From NCBI GenBank assembly GCA_965112155.1, contig OZ218098.1: a stretch of DNA of 64,000 nt. One strand, given 5' to 3'. This document shows positions 1 through 14,358 of the stretch, in pieces. The position numbers and the translations under genes are program-made. The notes under the pieces were generated by a model that was not told where the DNA came from, did not search any database, and worked only from the letters and a program-made list of their open reading frames with translations. Every line of letters begins with the position of its first letter. Positions within the stretch are counted from its first letter, which is position 1. This DNA comes from Podarcis liolepis (Eukaryota).

Positions 1-1680
1 TGTTGTTGTTTTTTCAAATGCAGAGTGCTGTTGTAACTTGACTAATGAAAACAGTTCCCCATGAATATTAAATAAGTAAGTAGAGGCCATGGAAGAACTG
101 GGCCTGGGTCCAACGTGTGTGTGTGTGTGTGTTTCTGAAGAATCCAAGTATGTAATAGCACTTCTAAGCTTAACCATCCAACCAACCATGGCAGCCGATA
201 TGTTCTGTGTAAACTTATTATTACAGGACCTTTAGAAGGAGGCTCTGCTTTAGTACAGAGCTTTATGGGGTGGGGGGGATGAATGGAGAGCTGATAGAAT
301 TTTACATGCAGGGCTGCGTGAGTGCAGGAAAGCCACAGTAAGCTAGTGGGCACCAAACCCAGGTTCTTGAGAATCTCAGCTTTTGTTTATCTTTCTCCAT
401 TTTAAAAAGAAAGTCTTTAGCCCTTATAGTCATGAATATACACTTGAAAGAGTGCAGTGCTAACTAGGGGTGGTGGCAGGGGATTTCTTGCCAACTCTAC
501 AGCCCTGCTGGCCAGGGTGGAACGTGGGTGGAGGTGATGGTAGTTCTCCACTGTCTTGTGGTGCCAACTCTAGGCTAGTGAAGCAGAGGGGCCCGGATTA
601 AACCCTTTACTAGGAAATGGGATGGCTTTTTATCCTATCCATGACTTATGACAACTTCTGTCAGCAGCAACACTGCTGGTGGGCAGGGTGTGCTCTTCTT
701 TCCACCGTCACAGATCAGGAGTTAGCATTGCTCTGACGATATGTGAGCAAAGTCTGCAGAAACACCGTAAAACTGAATCGGGTGTTGAATTTCTAGTGTG
801 GTGGAGGTTGACGCTACAGTCTCGGGGAGAATCTGCTGTGGATTTTCAATGTACATGTAGGTTTGCTCTCTGTGAAGCTCGAGAAAATCCCCGTTAAAGT
901 GTTGGATATGCTTGTGTGGAACTCAGTTGTGTAGGCAGATACAAGATGAAGCCAAAGAACATTGGTGTTAACGTTTCCCGCCTTTCATGCAACATGTAGC
1001 TCTTTGGATGAGTGACACTTGGCAAGAAACTGACAGCTAGAGAGTTTATTCCGAAAGAATGTATGGCTTTGCTAGGACCTAAAGTACCACAGCAGTGATT
1101 AAGTGATTACTCCAGACATCATGCATTGATGGAGTGCCAAGACCTGACAGGTGCCAGGTTGTAATCACAATGTAAACAGCTGCTAAACTAGCACATCTTC
1201 GCTTGTTGTTGCAAAGATGTCAGTTTTCTTAGTGCATCTATTAACCTCAGAAAAAGCAGAAGGACAGGTGCTCGAGAGGATGCAGAAATACCGGGAATTA
1301 CTGTATTACAATCCTTTTCTCATAGCATAAAGGCCTTTGAGTTTGTTACACAACTGAATAAAAATAATCCAACTGAATCTAGATCTGTTGTATAACGCAC
1401 CAGTTAACAGTTCTACTGAAATGTCTTCTAACCTTTCCAACTATGATTCCATGGTATAATATGAAGTTAACTTTGTTAATTGGTTCATGATACTAATATG
1501 AACATTTTGCAGCAACTGAAATGCTAATGCAAGACTTGGTGGTTGCTGCTGCTGCTGTTATTATTTTGTTGTGCTGTTGTCATTATCAGTAATGAGACTG
1601 CTTGCGTATCTTCACAGGTGATGGCAGAGAACGGATGGAAAATCAGTTTTTGTTAATAGCCAAATATCTTCTCTTTGCAG

Positions 1681-1789
1681 GTATAACACCTTACCAAGCA
1701 GAAGAACACTTAAAAATTCAAGATTAGTGAGTAAAAAGGATGATGTCCATGTCTGCATCATGTGTTTACGTGCCATCATGAATTACCAG
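1681..1789 (+). CDS. FMNL2: FMNL2 coding exon (~exon 7, GBD/armadillo region); gene starts upstream of the window
   Basis: ttgcag|G TAT AAC...TAC CAG|gtaaca; 109 nt; [36 protein letters not shown], recognised as FMNL-family sequence. Confidence 0.95.
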
Positions 1790-2372
1790 GTAACAAAACT
1801 TTAGTTCTTTTGGTAACTTATTTCAATGGGATGGATTGTGTTCCTTTCCTCAGTAAAGGAAGCAAGTGTCCATGCTTATAAAAATACAGTAGGCTGAATC
1901 ATGTGGGCACAAAATATTGTGTAAAGCACTATAACTGAAAGCTATGGAGAGAAAACAAAAATAGTGGTTATCCCTGTGACTCCCACTACTGATAATTATT
2001 AAAGGCTTGTCTCTAACGAAGTCATACTCATAGTAGATTGAAATAAATAGACTCAGGTTATTCATGTCCATTGATTTAATTGGGCCTACTAGGAGTATGA
2101 CATAGTAATATAAAGCATGGTACGTTTTTGGCAGATCAACCAAGCATTTTGCAACTGAAACTGGGTAAAAAAGTTGGCATTAATTCCTGGCACGGTCAGG
2201 ATGCATTCTAGGTGGTATTAATAGTCAATTGGTAGGGGGAAACAAAGCAGACTTGGATTGACCCTGAGCTGAATTGGACAACCTACAAACTGCTTTGGAT
2301 TAAGGTGGGTTGCTTTCTAAACACCAAATCAGAATTCAGACTGAATCTTGTGGTCAGTCGTATTTAGATGTA

Positions 2373-2645
2373 TAGGGTTGCCATGTGTCCTCTTTTTCCA
2401 TGACATGTCCTTTTTTTCAGGGTAAAATTTCTTTCCGGGTAGATTTTTTAAATTTGCCAAAATATCTCTGGCTTTCTGGATAAGATATAGACTTAACTGG
2501 TAGCTGAAGACTTGCTTTCCTCTTCTCTTCTCCTGCCCCCCTCAGCAATATATCACAGTCTCTATAGCCTACCTATAGTAGGGGTATTTAAAATGAGAGT
2601 TGTCATAGTGTCCTCTTTTTTGCTCCTCAAAATATGGCAACCCTA
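2373..2645. mobile_element. hAT-like non-autonomous DNA transposon
   Basis: TIR TAGGGTTGCCAT...ATGGCAACCCTA; related termini near 8795, 8945 and 44081. Confidence 0.7.
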
Positions 2646-2817
2646 ATGTACAAACAAGCCTGGATTGGCTCTAATTCCCAGTTTAATTCAGTTACATTCA
2701 GTAGCAAACTTGCACTCACTATCAAGAAATGAGTGAAATTGCCCAGGTTTGCAGATTTTTAATAAAGATAATAATGCATTCCAAACACTCAACTCTTATT
2801 TCCAATTTCTCTTTTAG

Positions 2818-2894
2818 TACGGGTTCAATATGGTCATGTCGCACCCCCATGCTGTTAACGAAATTGCACTAAGCCTGAACAACAAGAATCCCAG
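2818..2894 (+). CDS. FMNL2: FMNL2 coding exon (~exon 8)
   Basis: ttttag|TAC...CCC AG|gtaaaa; 77 nt; YGFNMVMSHPHAVNEIALSLNNKNPR; phase continuous. Confidence 0.95.
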
Positions 2895-3255
2895 GTAAAA
2901 GGCTCCTTTTTTGTGTTGGAAATTTTGTGTGTGGCGATGATTAGTTTTTCCTGCTTGAAGTTGCTCTGCGAGAAACCCCTCATTTGCATATGCTACAGTC
3001 CTTGATTAATTCCTCCTTCAGCTAGTTTGCTGTAATCTAAAGTTGCGATCGCTTAACTTGACACAAACAACTCTATGACCCGCAGAGGTACTGAGCATTT
3101 GCAACATCTTGCTTGAAGCTAATAGCAGGGTCATTCTTTTGAAGCAGCAGCTGAATATTGAAGAAATATTATTCTCAGATGCCGTCACATCCATCTTGCG
3201 AAAGCTGAGTCATCACATTGCTCTAATTGATTTCTCTCTTCCTTCCTTTGCACAG

Positions 3256-3349
3256 AACAAAGGCGCTGGTCTTAGAACTGTTGGCAGCAGTTTGTCTTGT
3301 AAGAGGAGGGCACGAAATCATTTTGTCTGCCTTTGATAATTTTAAAGAG
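3256..3349 (+). CDS. FMNL2: FMNL2 coding exon (~exon 9)
   Basis: cacag|A ACA AAG...AAA GAG|gtaggt; 94 nt; [31 protein letters not shown] (within ORF 3227..3469). Confidence 0.95.
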
Positions 3350-6349
3350 GTAGGTTGCTCTTGTTTCATCAGAGATTGCCATGTGCCTTGCACAGCTGCT
3401 TTGGATAAGGTCTGCCGGAGCTCAGCGGCTCATCTTTATTTCATGAGGCCCAGCCTGAGACTAATGTAGCTGTTCATACATGTGCATCATGGGGACACAT
3501 TTCAGCATGCTTATCTCACGCCGCTTCTAGTGTGGTGAACATTAGCCTCCATGTGCAAATTAGTTTGTGACACTAGTTCACACTGAATCTAGAAGCAGGA
3601 TCCTAATTAATGTCAGATCGCCGTGGTTCATAATACATAGTATCAGCATCAAGCTTTTATTTCGGTCGCAGACCAGCATAAGATAAAACTTACGGATAAA
3701 GTGAACACTTAAGACTTAAAACAGGTAAGGGGTAAAAACTGGTAGTTAGAAGGTGATTATATCATACATAACTTAAAAAGATAAAAACAAGGACAAATGG
3801 TTAAAAGCGGCTATAAGGGAGGGAGTGTGAAGGAGCACAGGTCTTGCATTTTGGGACTATAATACAAAACATTGGCTCACAGCCCCCTGCAATGCAGGAT
3901 TATGCAGCTGTCCCATATGGTGATCTAACTTGCAACCTTGGCCATTATCAGCACCATGCTCCAACTGAGCCAGACCCTACAATTCCATGACTCTAAGCAG
4001 TCTTATCTATTTCTCCAACCTTGCAAATAAAATCCTTGACCCATCTGACTGATCTTTCCTCTGCACTTCTCCCTACCTCTCCCTCCCCCCTCCTTTCTTT
4101 CCACCTCCCTCTCCCTTATTTTGCCCCACTTCCTTCACTGGTAGGGGTTTTATTTTCAAAACAAGCCAACATGTTTTGCCCCACTGTTGTTTAAAAACCT
4201 TCAGAGGTCAAATTGACAAAAACAGCCCACAGAGTTCTCTGGTAAATAATCTCTCTCATTCACATTAGCTGTCGCCAGTTAAATGATAATTGGCCAAAAC
4301 ACATTGGGCTGTTTTGTATATAAAATCCACACATTTTTAGCACATTGAGTTACGTTTCTTTTAATTCGGGGGTCTGTAGTCCAGAAACATCTGGAGGGCC
4401 CCAGTTTCCCCATCCCAGGTCTAAATAGATCAACCTAATTAGCAGGTAACATTGTGAAACATATACTTTACCATTTTATTATTACATTTTCTGTAGAATT
4501 GTGAACTTGGAAGCCCTCTATGGAGATAGTAGTAGGACATTGACTGGTCCATAGATGGCTGTGGAGTCACAGAGAAGCATGAGGGATGTAGTAGTATGAG
4601 TAACCCCCCCCCCCAATGTCACCAGTGCTTTTGGAGTAAGAAATGGAAATACCTGGAAAATACACACGAAAACATTAAACAGCATGATGTCCAGTGGAAC
4701 TGTGACTGAACTTGAGCAGCTGCTGACAGAGCAGGATGCTTCCCCAGCTCTCTTACATCCATCCAAGAAATACACATTTAACATTTATTTCCTCCATTTT
4801 TATCCCTCTCTTCGAACTCGAAGGGTTCCCAGAACTGCATGCAAATGAGAGGTTAAACCAAGAATAAATGCACTAAATAATTATAGTGTGTAGTTATTAT
4901 AGGGTATAGTAATAGGCAATAATTTTGAATGGGCAGAACAGTAAAACCAACTATTAAAGCCAGAGCCAAGTTAAGTTTAAGACTGTTAAAACAGCGGCTA
5001 AAAAAAAAATAAAAAATTAAAGTCATAAATGCAGGCCAAACTTCACCCACACCCACACCACTCAATCCAGGATCATTTCAAAAATGGAGGGTAAGCTAGA
5101 GTCTTCAGTCTAAGGAGGAAGTACTCTGTGACAAGCTCCTGTCAAATTGCCTTTTAAGAATGAAGACAGAAGCTGCTCATTCCCTTTTGTGGGACAGAGA
5201 GGTCTGAGCTAGGTAGGGAATATATGAATTGGTGAGTGGAAAGGAGGTGTGTGTTTGAGGCTGTGCCTGAATGCTGTGGGGAGGAGGTATAAGAGGCGAA
5301 TGTACGAGAGACATTAGAGTTCTTCTCTGCTGCTGTTTGTTGTTTCCATTGGGGGCAGAAGGACCTCCTGTGATCTCATTAGCGAATTGTGACAAAGGCT
5401 TGAATCTGCAGCATATTTCCATGTACCAGCTCATTTTTAAAATACACATACACACACACTTGGTTGTTGCTAAGTTCAGGCAGCAGTGCATAAGGAATAC
5501 ATTCCTTTTGGAATGCATCTGAGAACCGAGCTGTCGTGGTTCATTTAAAAATAATGATTCACCTGTTTGAAAGGATATAGAAGAGCCTTTGGCACTAAAG
5601 GGATTTTTTTGTGCTTTCTGTTTTGTCTGCTCTTGTTTCCTATACTGTTCTTTCATTTTAGTGTAATCCTCACCATATCTACGCAGACATTATTCACACT
5701 GTATTCAATGGGTCTTTCTCCCAGGGGAGTGGAATTAGGATTGTAGCCTTAGTTGTCCTTGAGAAGAGCTATGCTTCATCCAGTTTGAATATCAGCATGC
5801 TCTTTCCCCCAGTTCCAGGCTTAATAAATGACATTCATTACAATCCCAGCACATTGTTTGGCCACTGTGTGTCAAAAGAAAGTTCCTCTGCACTACATTA
5901 AAATGATATATGAAGGTCTGTTATCTGATATTTATGAGCAGCTAAATGGGACAGGAAGTCAGGCAGACATATTGAGCTGGTTCCAGTAGTTTAATCTAGT
6001 TTAATCCAGCCTCTGAAACATCCTGGGATACCAAGTTTACAGATATATTGCAGTTACATTAAAACTGGAGTATGGGTTGATCTTCATTTTTTTTAATTTA
6101 ATTTTTATCATTATTATTTTGTACAGAACAACTCTTCTGAAGAGAAGCTATACAATATAAATGGATGGCTGAGTCGGGTTTGTTAGCATTCTCTTCAGTT
6201 TAAGGGAGGCTGTATTTCTCTCTTTGTGTTATATGGGATCAAATTTGGTTTTATTTATAAGAAATGAATTGTAGTTACCATCCGTCATGCAATAAATTGT
6301 CCGACAGTCATATTTCAGACTTAACTCTCCCCCCCCTTCCAAGTTGGCT

Positions 6350-6950
6350 TGTTTGCTTATCATGTTATACCTCACCCTTCCTCCCGAAGGAGCCCAGGGT
6401 GGCAAACAACAAGAATGCAAAATAACGCAATTAAATTTTAAAAAATAAAAATGTTTGAAAACATTTAAAAGCATCCAGATTTCCTAAACATCAAATGATT
6501 TCCAGATTACCAGGAACAGTATCTTCCAGACATCAAATGCCTGGATAAGCAGGGACGAATTTAAATTCCTCCTGAATGATAATACTAAAGGCAGACAGGC
6601 TCATCTCTCTAGGGAAGGCTTTCTGTAAATGGGGAACTGCTACCGAGAAGGCCCTGTTGTGGACCAGCCTAATGCAGTCTCACAAATTGCCTTGGAAGCT
6701 TGAAGAGAGCTCTACTTGTAGAAGGGGCATGCTTAATTCTGCCACTTTTATTTGGGAGGAAAAGCAGCCATACAGAAATCAATGTCTGCGCTCTTATTTG
6801 CCCCCAAAGTGCAGATGGAAGGGAGAATTTATGGTCAGGAAACCAGATCAATGCCAACACAAATCAAGAATGTGGCCCTGGATTGGGGCTTCATGGGGCT
6901 GAATTATTTTCAAAAAAACCAGTGATGGTGTTAAACGTGCTTTTTTAAAA
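6350..6950 (-). mobile_element. LINE (L2-like) fragment
   Basis: CACCCTTCCTCCCGAAGGAGCCCAGGGTGGCAAAC terminus followed by degenerate LINE-like sequence (GAGAAGGCCCTG). Confidence 0.5.
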
Positions 6951-7884
6951 CCTGTGATTGAAAGGACTGGTGAAAATGCACCTCATCATGTTCCTTGGTT
7001 AGTCTGGCCAAGGCTACAATTCTAAATATGCTCACTTGGAGAAAAAAAATCCATTGAAAACAATGGGGCTTACCAACAAGTAAATGCAGTGTTATGACAT
7101 CAGAATTTTGGGCCTGTGATAGAAGGCTGTGAAGGATTTATTGTTATTGTTGTTGTTATTACTTTTTAGTGAGCTTGAGGATCAGTGCTTGGCAAGTGGA
7201 CTGTGGCTGTTTATTTTTCATTACTTTCCCTCCTGCAGGGTCCATTGTTGAACCCCAGACTCTTACAGAGATTAATAGAGGTTCAAATTTATGTATCATA
7301 ACTCAGGAGGGGAATTTTATTGCAAATAAGAAGCCAGCTTCATTCTTACTGGTCTATTCAGCTATTTAATTTTATAAGTAACAGCAGGACGTGTTGGAAA
7401 ACATGAGCCAATCGTCTTTGCCTGGAGATGTAATCTGCAAATGATGTTAGCCCTCTTGGTGTGTGTATTATTTTTATTCCAAAGTATTTTCAGCCTAGTA
7501 AACATTAAACAACCATTTACTTAAACAGAAACTTGCAAGAAAACTGGTCTTTTGTTCCCCCAACAATCTGTAAGCTCGCAATGCCAGTCTGGAAGAAACA
7601 CCCTCCCAAAATAGTACTACCCTGGAGTGAAATGGGTTGATTACACTAGACCATTGTACTAAGAAGAAAAAGAAGTCATTGTGACCTCTGGGTAGTGGGA
7701 GAAAAAGAAAGAAAGCAGAACAATTAAGAGAGTGTGACTTGAAGGTTTAAACGCATAAGCATATTAAAAGTTAGATCATATTCATGGTTGCCTCCTGATT
7801 CCCCTGCCTTAAGGAGTTCACTCTGAATTGAATTCTGTGTCTTATTCTCGCATTTTCACTTAACTCAAAAGTTCAGCAGAGTCC

Positions 7885-8085
7885 CAGGGCTTGATCTGCC
7901 TGTTCCAGTTGCCAATTGGCAAATGTTCTGCAATTTTTAGAGCAGCTTGCCAGATGGATTGCCCTGATTGTGTAGCGAATTTCTGTGCCACCATCAGAAA
8001 TCCCTGGCAGTGACTGGGATGAGCCACAGTTGTCCACCTGATCGGAGCTGCTGTGAGCTCCGGCTAAAAAAAAAAGAAAGCCCTG
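7885..8085. mobile_element. Related hAT-type non-autonomous element
   Basis: CAGGGCTT...AAGCCCTG termini; right end resembles the 16138-16276 element. Confidence 0.5.
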
Positions 8086-9169
8086 GTCTAACGCAGAAGA
8101 CCCCTCCTGCCTCAGTTCTTAGGGCCTTCGCCAAGACTGTGCTCTAAGCTCTGCTTCCTCTGTAGTGCAGGAATGGGGAAAGTTTTGCCCTGCAGATGCT
8201 GGTCAGCTCTAACTTCCAACAGCGCTAGCAAGCCTGATCAAGTGCCAGGGTTAATGGAAGCTGTAGTTCAGCAGTATTTGGAGGGTCCAGTGGTCTCCAC
8301 ACCTGCTGTAGTATTAACAATATGATTGACTCTGACATGGTCAGTTATTATTTTAATAGGACATCATTGAAGGATCCTAAGTAAGTCTAGGCCTACGTGC
8401 TGTTCATTTTGTATCACACAAATCATACATGCTGTAGCAAGATCAATGATCATAATGAGCTTATGCTAATGGCAAAGCTTTTCACTAGGTTTACCAACCT
8501 TTTTTTACAGCTCCTGCTTCCATACCTTTCACAGCAACCTAACCTGTTATAATTATACTGGTGAACAGTTTCCCTGTCATAGTTTCAGTGGTTTAATTTC
8601 TCTATGTTAAGGTGTTGTTAAAACCCAAAGGAGCAAAGCAATGAAAAAGTTGCTATTATGAGGATTAACTTGCCTTTGTAGATGCAACAGCAAATAAAAG
8701 AGGCGCCAAATTTGGTTACTAAGCATGACCCCACCCCGGTTAAATTAAATAGTGATTTTCCATGTTCTTTTGTATATTAGAAGCTTATAGTGGCTAAGGT
8801 TGCCATATTTCACAACAGTGAAAATCTGGACAGAAAAGTTGTTGAACATTTTTTGGGCAAAGTTGTTGAGCTGTTTTTGGCAACATCGCAAAAGAAAACA
8901 AAAGTTTTTGAGCTATTTTAAAGGGAAATCGCCAAAGGCCACACTGGGTTGCCATATGTCTGGATTTTAATGGACATTTTAGCGATTTCTGCCCAGACAC
9001 TGCTTCTGACTGCAGTATTCTGGATATGTGGTATCAGAATATCTACTTGTCTAGTTCAGAACTCCCATTTATTTTTGCACGTTACAAGCCAAGAGGTATT
9101 CAGCAGTGTTTTTAGTACTCCCTCTAGTGTACAGATGTATAACGGAACCTCTCTGCAATTCCTTTCCAG

Positions 9170-9244
9170 GTTTGTGGAGAAAAGCAGAGGTTTGAGAAGC
9201 TGATGGAACATTTTCGAAACGAAGATAACAATATAGATTTCATG
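9170..9244 (+). CDS. FMNL2: FMNL2 coding exon (~exon 10, FH3)
   Basis: ttccag|GTT TGT...TTC ATG|gtgagt; 75 nt; [25 protein letters not shown]. Confidence 0.95.
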
Positions 9245-9856
9245 GTGAGTGTTGTATGTGTCACCTTACGTCACTTTGGATCATTGTTATTGTTTACTTT
9301 TAAGTGTATATTTTGCATATAAATTGGGGGTTTCAAAACTTTCTGCAGTGGGCCTACCTAAAGAGGAAAAAGAAGTTTTCAGCTTTACCCAGATTAACAA
9401 AGACAAAATGAATATGGTTTGGATGCATAAGTATTCAGCATGAGCAGTCCTTTGCAGCAGCGCATTCCACTCCATCCATGAGAGTCTCCTGCACCTCATG
9501 ATCACTTTTTGGGAGGGCTGCAGTGGGGAGAACAGAAGGGAAAGCCTGTTCTGTAAGCACCATTCAGAGGACCCAAGCTTATGGGCCCACTTGCAATGCT
9601 AACCCTCATTTCTAGGGCCATGAACAACGGGGCTCCAAGGCAAAGACCGTGTGGGAAATGCAATAGGCATGAGCAATAGGAGTTGTTTCATTGCTCCCCA
9701 AGCAGTGCTGCATGCAACACGCTCTTCTGCTTAATCATAGGATATATTTCCTTGGTCATCTCTGCTGTGTTTCCTAATGGGAAAGCTTGATTGGCTCCAG
9801 TTATCGGATCTAGGCTGCAGTTTTGAAAAATTTATGATTCAGAAAAAGTGCGTAAG

Positions 9857-10137
9857 CCAGGGGTAGCCAATACAGTCATACCTTGGGTTACAGACGCTTC
9901 AGGTTGCATTTTTTCGGGTTACGGACCCGCCGAAACCCGGAAGTACTGGAACCAGTTACTTCCGGGTTTCAGCGGAAGTGCTAAATTGCGCTTTGTGCAT
10001 GTGCAGAAGCACCGAATCGCAACCCGCACAAGTGCAGACTACAGTGCCTGTCATCGCTTCCCATTGGCTGTGCTTACTGTGACTGATGGGACTTGTAGTC
10101 CACAAGTTGTGGAAAGCACCATGTTGATTACCCTGAC
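9857..10137. mobile_element. Old hAT-type MITE interrupted by a mariner MITE fragment (about 9873-10045)
   Basis: CAGGGGTAGCCAA followed by TA-CAGTCATACCTTGGGTTAC; host resumes ...GATGGGACTTGTAGTCC...TTGATTACCCTG. Confidence 0.55.
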
Positions 10138-12478
10138 TTAAAAAGTCAAAGTGATACTGCCATGGTCTGGGAAGGCTTATTTTAAAGTAAGGAACAGTGT
10201 TAACTGTGAGGGGAAATGAAGTAAATATTTGCAGTCTACAGCATGCTTATGCCTCATGAACCAAAGCATAGATGGGGAAGTGGCATGCTATTCCTCTTCC
10301 TGTTCTACAGACAAATGTTCCACTTCCATTTTACCAGTTTCCTTGTTCCTAGTTTAGTCACTGATCCCCACATCCCCTTTTACTGAGAGAGAAAATAGAC
10401 ACTGAGGACAGACAGCGCAAGTGAACTATATGTTCCAGCATGAAATTAAAAGGCCACAAGATAAGTTTGGCCACTGAACCCATCTGTGCCCTGTTACCAC
10501 TGCTGAAATTTCTATGAAGGCACCAGGGTTTAGCACTTTGAAAAGGTGTTCTCTGGTGTGAGAAGACCAACTTTGGATCATTTAGACAATGCAATACTTT
10601 AAAAATTCTAGATGTTACTAATAAGGAAAGGCAGGTGTTTGGTGGCAGAAGCCACTCCTCTTTCTCACTGGAAAGGAGCATGTGTGTGCAAGGGAGCAAG
10701 GCACGTTTGTCCTAGAATCCTCTCTAATCTCCTGTGCTGACCATCAGTGACCAAGGGTCCTTTCATCAGTCTTCCAAAGTAAGAAGAGAGACTCCCTCAT
10801 TGGGACAGTAGTATGTGAACCAGCCCTCGTATAAATTAAGAATACAAGATTAGTTGCATCACCTAGTCCAGCATCCTACTTTCCACATTGGCCACCCAAA
10901 TGCTTCTGAAAAATCCACTAACACAGAATACCAGCAGTCCTTCCTGACTTCATGTCCTCTTCCAGCTGGCATTCAGAGGTTTATTGCACCTGAACCTGGA
11001 TATTCTATTCCCCTGTGAGCCATGTTTGACAGGTGGACAGGGCTTTCCACCTGTCAATCACAATGACACCAGGTGCCTGTGTGGATGGTCAGCTGATTGT
11101 CACTTGCCAAGTGTTGTGTGTAGTGCACAGGCGCTGACAACCATCTGATTGTCGGGGCTTCCCCTTTGGTTCAGCTTTGTTTTTTCCTCCGTGCATCTGA
11201 CATCATCAGTTGTAAGGGCAGGAGGGCATGGCTTGGCCAAATAAACTCTAAGGGCAAATGGGGAGACCTGGTGGTCCCAAATAGGTGGAGATGACAGGGC
11301 TGCTTGCTGTCAGATTTATCCCTAAGTGCTTCCCCCCAAAGAGGTGGCTTCTCACCTGCAGGGGAAAAACATCTGAGCCACCTCAGCTGGTAGTAACATT
11401 GAGCTTGGGATATCCCATGACACTTAGGTTGTCTATTCTCTTGACAACACACTCAGCCTTCCCCTGGATCTAAGACTCCTCTTGGGATTCCTGATCATCA
11501 CCCCCAACTCATTAGGACCTTTCCCCCGGGTTGAACTCGTCCAAACCCCCCCCCCCAACTCATGATAGTTTACTAGACTGTTGTACTAACTCAAGTACCC
11601 TTTTCATGCATGGTCATATGATATAGTGTGCCTTAATCAACCATGTAAGCTGCTTGCAAAAGGGAAGTAAGAGATTAAAAAAACCCCCATTGTAGAATAT
11701 TTTTAACTTTTTTGGGCAGCCAACAGACTGATCATCTGCAAGGAGGAGAAAGTGGCGACGTCTAGTTGACTCACCAGCCACAGGGCTCTTTTTGTCATGA
11801 ATAAAGCCCACAAGTTCAGACAGTGAGCACAAGTGGTTAGTTTCAGTGAAGAGGGTGGAGGGGAACATCGGAAGTGGTCTTGCAGTAAGTCAGCTGATCC
11901 ATCTAGCTGTGCTTTGAGTGCACTGACTGGCCGAAGCTCCCTGCAGAGGTCTTGCAAGCTCAGCCTGTTCCCCCAAGATTAAGCTTGAAAGGAAGGAGAT
12001 AAGCAATGGTAGGGCCCGGGCACAGCACTGGAGGCTCATCCATTAGAGTGAATGGGACCCCGCCCCAACAGCCTCAGATCACACTCTGCCAACCCCCTCC
12101 TGCCTCCTCTTCCTTACTTAGAACCAGTCCGGGACACTGGCTGCCAGCTTTTTCCTCCTTTGTCTGAACTCCTTTATGAAACTCAGAGGAGGATAGAATC
12201 AAACCTAGAGTTAGTTAGCTTCATCTGCCTTTGTCTCTGGCTCCACCTGGTGTTGGTCAGCCTGTCTCCCACCCTACCAATCCCAGTGGGCCTCTGGTAC
12301 CACTGCATGGCAGAGACTCCAGAGAAACAAATCAAAGAACATCCCATTCTGATAGGCACCGAAGGTAAAAGATTCAGCGCAATAGAAAGCAATACATAGA
12401 CAGGCAGGGATCACTGGTTTCGAGAGAGAGAGTTCATTGTGAGATGCAGTTCAGTTGCTCTGGGAAGAAGCTCTTCAC

Positions 12479-12614
12479 CAGGCTTCCTCAACCTCAGCCC
12501 TCCAGATGTTTTGAGACTACAATTCCCATCATCCCTGACCACTGGTCCTGCTAGCTAGGTATCATGGGAGTTGTAGGCCAAAAACATCTGGAGGGCCGAG
12601 GTTGAGGAAGCCTG
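12479..12614. mobile_element. hAT-type palindromic MITE (136 bp)
   Basis: TIR CAGGCTTCCTCAACCTC...GAGGTTGAGGAAGCCTG; perfect 8-bp TSD CTCTTCAC. Confidence 0.9.
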
Positions 12615-13723
12615 CTCTTCACCATCCTCCCCTTTTCAGGAGTTGTTGAAAGGCTGGGGACAATGAGATCTGACCAGTTAAATTAGTCCCAGCTGAACCT
12701 CAACTGTAGGTGCTTCAAGAGGAACTGGTTACTAAACCCTTCCCTGTCTTAGGGCAGTATAAACCATCTGTCTTTTGCAAAATAGCAAGAAGCATTTTAA
12801 GAAGCATTTCTCCTTAGAGTGCACTTTTGAGATCTGCTTTTGCGCTACGTCTGGGAGTAAAGACTTTTGTTCATTGTGAATAAAGTTTTGGGTCATTTAC
12901 ATTAAGCCCCCACCTTCCCCCAATGACATAAAATGAAATAATTATGCAGAAGGAGCCACTTGAGAATTAATGGCACATGGGCAAAAAGATCAGCTATGTC
13001 TGTTGCCATCTGGTGTTTAACAAGATCTGCATGTCGCTGGAAACCACGTGTGGGACATGTGTTTCAAGAGGTTTGGGAGAGGAACTAGGTTGTGGAGGAA
13101 AAGAACCAGTCTCTGGTGACCTTCCACGATTGGTTTCTGAGCCCGTCTGCATTGGGGGAACCATTTCTGTTCCTTGTATTTGCTGGTTGCTTATTAGCAG
13201 AACAGAAGCTATATTTGTCGTAACAGTGTAAAAAAGGGTCAAGCAAGGCTCCACAGCACTTCTTGAAACTTGAGCAACTGAGACCTGACGTAAACAAAAT
13301 GATCACTCTAAGCTGCTGACCTTTAACTTGACATGACACCTGGGCAGAAGAATGGGACCCCCCCAAAAAAAGAAGCTTTCTGGAATAAAGAAAAGGCATT
13401 CCTAGACACTGTTAGTGTGTGAAGTGCCATTTTAAAATGATCCAGATATTTTGCTTCAGTAAACTATAGCTCATGATCCTTAAATATGTGCCTCATTCAT
13501 GTGGAAATGAGTGTCAGAGCATCCATTTATTCAGTCCAAATAAATTGTTCTTGCAACGCTGGTTTGTATCAATCAGATTTTGGATTTGTAGCTGGAATGA
13601 AGGGAAAGAAGTAGAGATATTAATGATGGAAACTTTAAAACTTGGTCATACCTTTGTGAACTAGTGTCTGAAACCATTCCACCACATTTGGATCAGATAG
13701 TGTTTATATTTCCACTGCTATAG

Positions 13724-13734
13724 CTCTATCTATC

Positions 13735-13780
<46 letters not shown>
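13724..13780. repeat. (TCTA)n microsatellite
   Basis: read directly. Confidence 0.95.
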
Positions 13781-13781
<1 letters not shown>

Positions 13782-14358
13782 CAGGAAGCAGGGAAAAGGA
13801 CTTCTAATGGGTGACTTCTTTTCAGTCTTCTGCTTTTTGTTTGTGTTAACGCTACTCTCCCTATCCCTGTCCCAGTTCACTGAATGTGTTTAGGCCAGAC
13901 CTCTTGAAATGTTCAAAGTGCTGCGTTCCGCATACAGTACCATATTTGTCTGATTACAGTTCCCATTCTGAAATGCACACCATTCTAGGCACGACATATG
14001 CAATAATTGGTGAGAGGAATCGCCATTAAAGAAGAGCTTAAGTTTGCAGTATACTCTTTTTCCTGTTGGGAGTGAGCCCAATGAATTCAGTCAGTGGGAT
14101 TTACTTCTGAGTAGACATGTTGTAGGAAATCTCCTCTTCTTCAAGACGCATGCTTCTTACTCAGAAAACTTTATTTCTATTTTGTCAAGTATAATTCGTT
14201 CCCCACCTCCCACAAATTGTCAGGCTTAATCTTGAGATGGGCTTAAGACATCTGGGTTGCACACAAGGCAGCAAACATTGCTGCACATGATTTGTCCCTG
14301 TGCAAAATGAAGGGTTAGCACTACCAGTTTCCATTTTTTGATGGTTCTTGTTTTACAG

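Noticed and set aside
714-742. Possible microexon (cag|ATCAGG...ATAT|gtgagc)
   Set aside because: 29 nt, not frame-preserving, no recognisable homology.
1615-1680. Upstream CAG acceptor 63 nt before the first FMNL2 exon (length divisible by 3)
   Set aside because: In the required phase it reads G TGA, an immediate stop; no sign of use.
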